19,592 bases of DNA from Promethearchaeota archaeon. Lineage in GTDB: Archaea; Asgardarchaeota; Odinarchaeia; Odinarchaeales; JBHLKK01. The translations under genes and the position numbers were made by a program. The notes beneath the pieces are model-generated. The model was not told the DNA's origin. It ran no database searches and was given only the letters and a program-made list of their open reading frames with translations. Position 1 is the first letter of the stretch. Each line of letters opens with the position of its first letter. Location: positions 1-19,592 of the forward strand of contig JBHLPL010000027.1 of the NCBI GenBank assembly GCA_048939465.1, given 5' to 3'. This document shows positions 8,073 to 15,727 of the stretch, one piece after another.

Positions 8073-8255
8073 GCAATAGCAGGAAAAGCGAACAAAAAGG
8101 GGTGAATCGTATCTCGATTGACTTTCCGCTCTGGGAGCCGTCGGTGTTGGGGTTATCGGTCCAGTTATGAGATTCCGCAATATCTATTGAAGACCAGGTC
8201 CTCCTCCCCCCAAGTACGAATGAATCGATTATTTCCCTATACAGACTCACTCATC

Positions 8256-8831
8256 CTACTGTTTCTTAGGTTTGAATTCCTTTCCAATACTGAACGCTTG
8301 TCCAAGGTATTCGCCAATTCTCCAGTAGCGATCATCATAGACCGAGTATATGATCGGCTTGATTTTCTCTATATCAGGCAAATCCTTAGTAAGATATGTC
8401 TCTTCTGCATAGGCTTCCACGATCTCTCCTATGAAGATCTCATCTAATCCCCCGAAGAATAGGTTGACAACGAGCTTGCACTCGAGATTAATAGGACATT
8501 CCATTATCATGGGTGCCGTTTTGAGTCTCCCGTAGAACGTCTCAAAAATGGCTGATTTGTCTGCCCTGGACCCTGAGACTATGCCACAGTAATCTGTTGC
8601 CTCCACCATTTCTTCTGATGGAATATTGACGCTGAAAGTTTTGTTCTCATTGATTCCGATGTTTGTGTAGTGACTTCTGGCGGACGCGATCGATATCATA
8701 GGCGGTTTGGAGTTGACGATGCCGCAATATGCTATTGCCTCGTAGTTTGGTTTATTTTTCACATTTGCCCCAACAAGCGTAGTGGGCATAGGGTATAAGA
8801 AATTCCTAGCTCCGATTTCTTTTTTTCTCAA
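8256..8831 (-). CDS. Flavin reductase-like FMN-binding protein (DIM6/NTAB family)
   Basis: LYPMPTTLVG, HYTNIGINENKTFSVNIP, CGIVSG..DK, APMIMECPINLEC, IFIGEIV. Start reassigned to TTG 8831 (MRKKEIG) because GGGAGG lies about 8 nt upstream. Confidence 0.88.
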   Translation of the reverse strand: MRKKEIGARNFLYPMPTTLVGANVKNKPNYEAIAYCGIVNSKPPMISIASARSHYTNIGINENKTFSVNIPSEEMVEATDYCGIVSGSRADKSAIFETFYGRLKTAPMIMECPINLECKLVVNLFFGGLDEIFIGEIVEAYAEETYLTKDLPDIEKIKPIIYSVYDDRYWRIGEYLGQAFSIGKEFKPKKQ

Positions 8832-9056
8832 ATTTCTTTCCTCCCTTTTCGCCTGAGATTTCTGCTTACGCCCTATCATCCTGAGCCCTAGAGAACCCAA
8901 ATCTGTTTTCCCGAAGACTTTCCGTCCCGGGGTAACCAAAAGGAATCAGGGCTAAAGGCTTAACATGGTTGAGATCTGCGACTCCTTAAGAGTTTTTTGT
9001 TTTTCCAGAGGGAGAGTGATAAGGATTAAATCCATATTGTGTAGAATAGTATCATC

Positions 9057-9887
9057 ATGAAAGAAGATAAGGAAATTGTCACAGTCGCAGTTCAAGGCGA
9101 AAGAGGTTCATATGGTGAAGCTACGGCCTTTCTCTTCTTCGGAAATCGAATCCGGTCGAGATCTTATGTATCCATCTCTGAAGTCTTTGAAGCTGTCGAT
9201 GAGGGCAAAGCAGATTTTGGGGTAGTCCCTATTGAAAACTCTCTGGTTGGAAGTATCGGTGAAACATACGATTTGCTCATTGACTCCAGACTTCACGTCT
9301 ATGGAGAAATAGAACTCAGAATTGAGCATTGTCTGATAGTCCGCCCGGGAACAGTACTGAGTGAGATTGAATCGATTTACTCACATCCCCAGATTCTGAT
9401 TCAGTGCAGGAAATTCTTAGAGAACCTGAAATGCGAATTGATACCGACTTCGGATACGGCGGGCAGTGTAAGAATGATAAAAGATAAGGATCTTACGAAG
9501 GTCGGAGTAATTGCAGGTAAGTGGGCCGCAGAGACATACGGAATGGAGATTATCCGTGAAGGTATCGAGGACAATCCACACAACTACACCCGTTTCTTCA
9601 TCTTATCTGAAAGCGACTCTCTTCCTTCTGGAAACGATAAGACATCAGTGATTTTCTCCATAAAAGATGCTCCAGGCTCTCTCCTAGATGTATTAAGAGA
9701 ATTTGCAGTTAGAAACATAAATCTCACAAAAATAGAGTCAAGGCGAACGAAGAAGAGGCCTTGGGAGTATGACTTCTACATGGATTTTGATGGTCACAAA
9801 AATGACAAGAAATGTCAGGAGGCATTAAGAAACCTTGAAAAGAAATCCATCTTTATTAGAGTTCTGGGATCCTATCCAAAATCGTAA
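9057..9887 (+). CDS. pheA: Monofunctional prephenate dehydratase (PDT + ACT)
   Basis: QGERGSYGE, VVPIENSLVGSI, SHPQ...QC, catalytic NYTRFF, ACT domain PGSL..VL..FA...INLTKIESR...WEYDFYMD. Confidence 0.95.
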   Translation: MKEDKEIVTVAVQGERGSYGEATAFLFFGNRIRSRSYVSISEVFEAVDEGKADFGVVPIENSLVGSIGETYDLLIDSRLHVYGEIELRIEHCLIVRPGTVLSEIESIYSHPQILIQCRKFLENLKCELIPTSDTAGSVRMIKDKDLTKVGVIAGKWAAETYGMEIIREGIEDNPHNYTRFFILSESDSLPSGNDKTSVIFSIKDAPGSLLDVLREFAVRNINLTKIESRRTKKRPWEYDFYMDFDGHKNDKKCQEALRNLEKKSIFIRVLGSYPKS

Positions 9888-9928
9888 TGACGCACAAAAA
9901 TGAGGAGCGGTATTAGGAGGTTGAGAAA

Positions 9929-10636
9929 CTGATAAAAGCAATCCTGTTTGACCTGTATTTGACTCTTATCGATATATCGGACGCAGATGTGGAGCACCTT
10001 TACAGGACCACATGGAAAACCCTTGGCAGTCTCGGCTATCAGACCGACTACAACAGAGTTGTGGAAGTCATTAAGAATGTGTACGAGAAGTGGAGAAACT
10101 ATCGTATCAAGAACCACGTTGAAGTGAATCCCCGTCTTTGGTGGTTCGAAATACTGAACGAATTGAAGGTCAGAGCAAATAGCAAGATCGTGGAAGAAAT
10201 TGTTCAAGCTAGGCATGAAGCTTTCAAGGAAAGAATCAAGCTTTATGATGATGTGGAAGAAAACTTGGTATTGCTGCGCCAAAATCCCTGGTACCTGGGT
10301 ATAATATCTAATAGCTCAGATGGAGTTTTTGCCAGGGACGATATCAGACATCTTGGCATAGATTCGCATTTTGACTTGGTTGTTACCTCAGCAGATCTAA
10401 ATTCACGCAAACCTGACGTGAGAATCTTCAAAAAGACTCTTGAAATATTGAATGTTGAGTCAAAAGATGCAGTTTTGATTGGTGATGACCTGCTCGTAGA
10501 CATAAAAGGAGCTAAAGAAGTAGGAATGTTGACTGTCTATCTGGATAGATCCGGTCATGAAAGGTACGTTGACATTCAGCCAGACTTCCAGATTTCTAGT
10601 CTAAATCAGCTTCAAGAAGTTCTGGCAGGTTTGTAG
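9929..10636 (+). CDS. HAD-superfamily hydrolase (probable CTG start)
   Basis: Motif I (IKAILFDLYLTL) lies upstream of the ORF-track start at 9959. CTG 9929 sits 7 nt after GGAGGT, with an in-frame TAG at 9914. Other motifs: IISNS, RKPD, IGDDLLVDIKGA. Confidence 0.85.
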   Translation: MIKAILFDLYLTLIDISDADVEHLYRTTWKTLGSLGYQTDYNRVVEVIKNVYEKWRNYRIKNHVEVNPRLWWFEILNELKVRANSKIVEEIVQARHEAFKERIKLYDDVEENLVLLRQNPWYLGIISNSSDGVFARDDIRHLGIDSHFDLVVTSADLNSRKPDVRIFKKTLEILNVESKDAVLIGDDLLVDIKGAKEVGMLTVYLDRSGHERYVDIQPDFQISSLNQLQEVLAGL

Positions 10637-10779
10637 AACAAGAAATAAAAGATCCTACGAATCTTCCTAAACTTGTGACCAGAAAAAGTAGTATTGCGGA
10701 GAATGTGTGTGCTAACAATCTTTGGCATTTCATGTTCAGTCTTGTGTTCCAGATTTGGTCTAAGTCAGCTTAACTGCGT

Positions 10780-11187
10780 TCATCTGCGTCTTCGTCTTCT
10801 CCTTCGGATTACTTCATCGCCCCGATAGATGTAGTAGGTTTTTCTTTTCCTTGTCTTTCTCCTGCCTATTTCGTCAACATGTAGAAAGATATCTTCAGCT
10901 GCTACGTCCGCATGCTTTTTCTTCGAGCCGGGTTTACCTATGTGTATTATGCTTTCTGCAAGCCAACGCGGTTTCTTATCCAACTTGATCGTCAGTTTCT
11001 TTGTCTTAAGGAAACCTTTACGAGCGTCAATGATTTCACCGCGCAGAACCACTGGTTCGCCGCTTTCTGTCCAAGTACCCTCGATCTCTGCGTCTACATC
11101 CCATTTTGCCCTGTCCTCATAACGCTTATACCAATCAATGGCCTTCTCCAACTCATCGCCGCTGAAATATTCTTTCGGACGAGACAT
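10780..11187 (-). CDS. Basic hypothetical protein (135 aa) resembling the TrmB C-terminal beta subdomain, with poly-Arg tail
   Basis: ATG 11187 preceded by GGGGTGA. AEIEGTWTESGEPVVLRGEIID...IHIGKPG...DVAAEDIFL pattern; C-terminal R8. Confidence 0.65.
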   Translation of the reverse strand: MSRPKEYFSGDELEKAIDWYKRYEDRAKWDVDAEIEGTWTESGEPVVLRGEIIDARKGFLKTKKLTIKLDKKPRWLAESIIHIGKPGSKKKHADVAAEDIFLHVDEIGRRKTRKRKTYYIYRGDEVIRRRRRRRR

Positions 11188-11328
11188 TAGCTCACCCCAA
11201 ACGGTTTTGTGTTGATTATCATAGTATTTGAATAAAAAGGTTTGTATTTCCTTTTTAAATAAGCACATCTTGTAGTAGATTTAGAGGCCGCAGAACAAAA
11301 GAGGCCTCAGATTTGCTTACGTAAGCTG

Positions 11329-13215
11329 ATGGCACACGTTAAGTTTTTTAGCACGTATTTTCAAGCTGTTAGAAAACGGGGAAAAAAGATGTTCCTCATT
11401 ATGCTAGCATCTGTGGGTGTCATTATTTTCTGGATTCCTACCACGTTATCTAACTGGACGGTGCTCATAAGTGGAACATATCCTGCAGGACCTGCGGGAG
11501 GACGGGGGCAAGAGTTCGAGCACAACAGACTTATGGCCATAAAGTATGTCATGTTTTCGATTATTGGTTTTACCAGGCTTGCACTTGCTATTGTCTTCAT
11601 GGCCATAGTGCCGATATTCATTCTAATGTTGACTATTCCTCTGTATGTTTTGTACATTCTATCTGCCAGAATCGTCTTTTACGGTATCGGAGCCATTATT
11701 CACTCTGTTAGAAAGCTGGGAAGAAGATCGACCATAGCTTTTGGGGTATTGCTCATTGTTACGCCGGTCTTCTTTTTTGGGGTATTCAGCCAGATTCAGC
11801 AGGTTTCGAATGCATACTATTTCAGCAATAATTTCGTTGTTGCTCAGACCGGAAATCTGTTCGATTCTCAAATTTCACCGAATCTTGTTCGACTCATAAC
11901 CCCTGAATTGGCTTGGTCAATCGCCGAACAAAGAATGGCTGAATTTGGCAGCAATATGGAAGTTAAATCGATCCACATAACAAAAAGGAACAGCACTCTT
12001 GTCTGGGTAGCGGCCATTGGCTCAACAAATGTAATAGCCGAAAACTATATCGCGGGATTAGTGGTGATCAGTGCGAACGATCCGACATCTTCTCCCGAGG
12101 TTTTGCATATTCAGTTTGGAATCGGTGAGAATCTATTTTGGACCGCGGATTCTGTTTTTGGAAGCTACCTAAGGGACCCTCAGTACCTGTACGGAAGAGC
12201 CTACATAACATGGCATGCTGGTCAACCTGTTCTTGTCCAGACAAGGTATGAGATTGGTTATGATCTGGTCTCTCGTGCCAAAGGAGTCATAGTGTATGAT
12301 ATAGAAGGAGCAAAGACAGGAGAGTATGCAGCAGATAGTATTCCAAGTTGGATTACCCAACCTTGGGACGAGTATTGGCTTGTTGATCACGTGTCTCGAT
12401 GGGGAGACCTAAGAAGAGGCGATGGTTTTGACTTCTGGGCGGGAGGATTTCTATTTTTCATAGCACCTAGCAGAGATCGGGTTGTCATTTCCGAAACGCC
12501 TCGATTCATCGTCAACCCAGATACCAATGATGTTGACGCCCTCATTTTTGTCCATCCAGCGACCTCAGATAGAACACTCGCAGGAGTGTTTAAAGCAACA
12601 AGGAGTGGAATCTATTATCATGATTACAGATTTGAAAACTACATAAGTGGAATAACAGCAGAAGACCTGATAGAGAGTAAAGTCACTCAGCCGGCTCAAG
12701 GCAGATACTACGCTTCTATGCCAATGCTTTATCCACTAAGTATATCGCCTTCAGAAACCAGACTAGTGTGGTATGTACCACTATACTGGCAGGAGGGGGT
12801 CTATGCGGAGGGGGGATTCATCCCGGGAAATACGATCGCATTTGCTGGCTTGGGTCTCATTGACGCAAAGGATATTAGCTATGCTGTGCTGAAAACAGAC
12901 ATTGAGGGCATGGACGGTGAGGCTACCATAACAACAACTCAAAATGAATTCATCGCTCTATATAGCAAACTTACCAATCTAACGATAACAGTCACTGTAA
13001 GCAACGTTTCGAGCTATGAACTCGACGGAGATACTCATGTTGTCCTAGGTACGAACAATACGCAGTATCCCTATGTGGAAGGTGCTGCAGGAGATTTGAC
13101 AGCTCTTGAATGGTATGAGCTGCTTCAGACAGTTCCTGGTGATACAGTCACGGCGACAATAATGAAGGTTGGAGACCTGTGGAGAATAATTCAGTTTGAT
13201 AACCATGACATATAG
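11329..13215 (+). CDS. Membrane-anchored protein with large extracytoplasmic domain (uncharacterised family)
   Basis: Three to four N-terminal hydrophobic segments, then about 470 aa of soluble beta-rich sequence with several N-x-S/T sequons (NST, NLT, NVS, NNT). Start uncertain (11329, 11389 or later). Confidence 0.75.
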   Translation: MAHVKFFSTYFQAVRKRGKKMFLIMLASVGVIIFWIPTTLSNWTVLISGTYPAGPAGGRGQEFEHNRLMAIKYVMFSIIGFTRLALAIVFMAIVPIFILMLTIPLYVLYILSARIVFYGIGAIIHSVRKLGRRSTIAFGVLLIVTPVFFFGVFSQIQQVSNAYYFSNNFVVAQTGNLFDSQISPNLVRLITPELAWSIAEQRMAEFGSNMEVKSIHITKRNSTLVWVAAIGSTNVIAENYIAGLVVISANDPTSSPEVLHIQFGIGENLFWTADSVFGSYLRDPQYLYGRAYITWHAGQPVLVQTRYEIGYDLVSRAKGVIVYDIEGAKTGEYAADSIPSWITQPWDEYWLVDHVSRWGDLRRGDGFDFWAGGFLFFIAPSRDRVVISETPRFIVNPDTNDVDALIFVHPATSDRTLAGVFKATRSGIYYHDYRFENYISGITAEDLIESKVTQPAQGRYYASMPMLYPLSISPSETRLVWYVPLYWQEGVYAEGGFIPGNTIAFAGLGLIDAKDISYAVLKTDIEGMDGEATITTTQNEFIALYSKLTNLTITVTVSNVSSYELDGDTHVVLGTNNTQYPYVEGAAGDLTALEWYELLQTVPGDTVTATIMKVGDLWRIIQFDNHDI

Positions 13216-13267
13216 CATTGCCATGAATATACCCAGACGTTGCTTCCTCGGAAGTGGAGATGATTAC

Positions 13268-13975
13268 ATGGATTTTGAAATGGGAAAGATGACGTGGTGT
13301 GAGGTTAAGGAATCGATAAGGAACGAAAAAGGAGTTATAGTTCCGATAGGGGCTTTGGAAGAGCACGGACCGCATCTTCCCTTGATTACTGATACGGCTT
13401 TGGCGTGGGGAGTTGCTAAACTTGCTGCAGAGAAGACTGGGTTTCTCGTTATGCCCCCTCTCTTCCTCGGAGTCTGCAGAACAACACGAACTTTTCCTGG
13501 AACGATTTCCATAGGATTCGTAACTCTGAAGAGACTCACAGAAGATATTTTGGAAGAGCTAGCTTCCCAAGGGTTTAAGAAGACTGTTTTGTTCTCATGG
13601 CATGCGGGAAAAAGTCATAGTGCAGCCTTAAGAGAGGCCACATTTGAAACCAAGTTAAGATACAAGGAATTGGATCTTTACTTAATAGTTAGTTCTGAGC
13701 TTTGGAGTGAGGTCGAAAAACTTCTTGAGACGAAACCTTTTCATGCAGGAGAGCTTGAAACATCATTAATGCTGGTTGTTCAACCTGAATTAGTGAAGAT
13801 GGATAGGGCAGTAGAAGAGTACCCAACGGTCCCGCCCTACAGAATTAAGACTACAGGGAAACCTTGGATGCGATCTGGTGTTGTGGGAAATGCAACGTTA
13901 GCTTCTGCAGAAAAAGGAAAAGAGCTGCTTGAAATCATAGTAGACAAGCTTGTTGACATTCTAGAATCTTTCTAG
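13268..13975 (+). CDS. Creatininase/creatinine amidohydrolase family metalloenzyme (ArfB/MftE-related family)
   Basis: MTWxEV, VPIGALEEHGPHLPLITD, PGTISI, HAGELETS, GVVGNATLASAEKG. Start reassigned to ATG 13268 (GGAGATGA upstream). Confidence 0.9.
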   Translation: MDFEMGKMTWCEVKESIRNEKGVIVPIGALEEHGPHLPLITDTALAWGVAKLAAEKTGFLVMPPLFLGVCRTTRTFPGTISIGFVTLKRLTEDILEELASQGFKKTVLFSWHAGKSHSAALREATFETKLRYKELDLYLIVSSELWSEVEKLLETKPFHAGELETSLMLVVQPELVKMDRAVEEYPTVPPYRIKTTGKPWMRSGVVGNATLASAEKGKELLEIIVDKLVDILESF

Positions 13976-13979
13976 TCAA

Positions 13980-14627
13980 TCACTTCAGGTAGCCTTTTGC
14001 TTCTTTGGCCCACTTCTTCAATCTCTCCGCCGAGATTCCTGTTTCCTCTGCTATAATGTCGGTATCCATATTGACAAGATCTTCAAGGGATAATATTCCA
14101 AAATCAATCAGTTTTTTGGCAATAGCCGTTCCGAGACCTTTAAGTGCCGTAAGCATCTCGATTGCCTCAGCCTCTATTTCTTCTTCACCGATCTCTTTTT
14201 CAGCTTTGACCTCTTCTTTTCCGGGCCTTCTCTTTGGTGGCTTCTTTTTGGGTTTTCTTTTGACTCTTTTCTCGGGCTTCTTTGCCGGCTTCTTTGTCTC
14301 TTCTTCTTCCCTCTCTACCTTCTCAGCCTTCCTGATCTTTCTCGGCTTCTTCTCCTTTTTCGGCTTCGCCTTCAGTCTCGGTTTTCTGACTTTCTTTTCG
14401 CCTTCGGTTTCCAGAGTCTCCTTTATTCTCTTTAGATATTCTTTCAGTCGATCTATATTTGCTTCGTTGACAGTTTTCCTTCTTCTGTCAATGGGGATAG
14501 TCATCCATTTGGCTTCATTAACAGTAATATCTGCTTTCTGAAGTTCAGTCAGGCTAAACCCTCGGCCCAGTCTCTTGTTATCTCTGTCGGCCGGAGACTT
14601 AACAAAAGGTCTCAGAGTATCCTTCAT
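13980..14627 (-). CDS. rpl13e: Ribosomal protein eL13 (L13e) fused to Lys/Glu-rich linker and C-terminal (HhH)2 domain
   Basis: RLGRGFSLTEL...IPIDRRRKTV..ANIDRLK is the eL13 core; LTALKGLGTAIAKKL..GI.SLEDL...GIS is HhH-type. ATG 14627 with AAGGTG upstream. Confidence 0.85.
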   Translation of the reverse strand: MKDTLRPFVKSPADRDNKRLGRGFSLTELQKADITVNEAKWMTIPIDRRRKTVNEANIDRLKEYLKRIKETLETEGEKKVRKPRLKAKPKKEKKPRKIRKAEKVEREEEETKKPAKKPEKRVKRKPKKKPPKRRPGKEEVKAEKEIGEEEIEAEAIEMLTALKGLGTAIAKKLIDFGILSLEDLVNMDTDIIAEETGISAERLKKWAKEAKGYLK

Positions 14628-14676
14628 TCTACACACCTTTGAAAGCTAAACCGTTATGACTCACTAAATCATGCAC

Positions 14677-14684
14677 TATAAAAA
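14677..14684 (-). promoter_or_regulatory. TATA box for rpl13e
   Basis: Minus strand GATAAGC-TTTTTATA about 50 nt upstream of the ATG, directly after the upstream gene's stop. Confidence 0.5.
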
Positions 14685-14689
14685 GCTTA

Positions 14690-15676
14690 TCAAATCAGCT
14701 TTATTCGTAATCCCCTTTTCTGTTTTGTTGCATTTTCGTAGACAAGCCAAGCGGCAGCGGCATCTTGAATTGCCAATCCAACACTCTTAAAAACGGTTAT
14801 CTCCTTTGAATCCTCCCTTCCTTTCTTCTTGCCCGTGATGATTTCCCCAAGTTCAGCATAAATGTGCTTTTCACTAATTTCTTTCTGCCTTATTGGAATC
14901 ATGATGTCACCTGCTTCTGCCAATGCTGCTTCTCTAGAATCAACGACGATTTTGGATTTCCTTATGGTTTTTGTGTCAAGCTCTCTTGTTCCAGGAGTAA
15001 AGGCTCCGATAGCATTTATGTGGGTGCCTTCCTTGAGCCAGTCTCCATCAAGAACTGGCACTGTGGATGTAGAGGCAGTGCAAATAATATCAGCCCCCTT
15101 AATAGCTTCCCTACTATTCCTTACAGGCTCGACAGATATGCCGAGACTTTGAGACATTTCCATGGCAAAACTACTACTTGCTCTTGGCCGAATATCATAC
15201 ACCTTTGCTTTCTCGATATTCCTCACCGCGCACAAAGCCTGAAGCTGGGTTCTAGCTTGTGTGCCTGCCCCAATAATAGCGGCTACCGAGGCGTCTTTTC
15301 TGGCCAGATGTTTTGTGGCAACACCGCTTGCAGCTCCAGTTCTTATTGCCGTAAGATAGGCACCGTCCATGATTGCCAGGGGAGTCCCTGTCTTGGGGTC
15401 AATCAGAATAACTAATGCAGAGACTGTAGGGAGCTTATGTTTGATAGGATTATTCGGGTACACCGAAACTGTCTTTAAAGCCAGACTTCCCATGCCAGAA
15501 AGATACGACGGCATAAACAAGACTACCCCGTCATGCCTTTCCGACTCAATTGACTGCCTCAGTGGGAGGACTGTTGTTTTATTTGTCAGCTCAGTAAAGG
15601 CCTTTTCAATCATTTTTATAGCTTCATTCATGTCCAGGAGGAATTTCACGTCCGCTTGAGTTAGAATAACCACCAT
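14690..15676 (-). CDS. Ornithine cyclodeaminase/mu-crystallin family protein (archaeal alanine dehydrogenase candidate)
   Basis: LFMPSY, LKTVSVYPNN, LTAIRTGAASGVAT, IIGAGTQARTQ, ADIICTAS, HINAIGA...ELD, FKSVGLAIQD. Confidence 0.92.
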   Translation of the reverse strand: MVVILTQADVKFLLDMNEAIKMIEKAFTELTNKTTVLPLRQSIESERHDGVVLFMPSYLSGMGSLALKTVSVYPNNPIKHKLPTVSALVILIDPKTGTPLAIMDGAYLTAIRTGAASGVATKHLARKDASVAAIIGAGTQARTQLQALCAVRNIEKAKVYDIRPRASSSFAMEMSQSLGISVEPVRNSREAIKGADIICTASTSTVPVLDGDWLKEGTHINAIGAFTPGTRELDTKTIRKSKIVVDSREAALAEAGDIMIPIRQKEISEKHIYAELGEIITGKKKGREDSKEITVFKSVGLAIQDAAAAWLVYENATKQKRGLRIKLI

Positions 15677-15727
15677 AAGAATCCCTCTGAACCTTCCTTC
15701 TAATCAGGCTGTTATTGAATTCGGTTG

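Noticed and set aside
8073-8255. Intergenic stretch with GC-rich patches and 65-aa/109-aa ORFs
   Set aside because: No tRNA cloverleaf, no stable long stem, no RBS-linked start; cannot support an ncRNA or pseudogene call.
8832-8939. N-terminal extension of the flavin reductase ORF
   Set aside because: Family similarity and the RBS both begin at TTG 8831.
11188-11268. N-terminal extension of ORF 10780..11268
   Set aside because: AT-rich promoter sequence; the RBS supports ATG 11187.
13196-13267. N-terminal extension of the creatininase ORF
   Set aside because: Overlaps the upstream gene; the RBS supports ATG 13268.
14005-14541. 178-aa Phe/Ser/Leu-rich plus-strand ORF that looks like a membrane protein
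   Set aside because: Antisense shadow of the Lys/Glu-rich eL13 linker.
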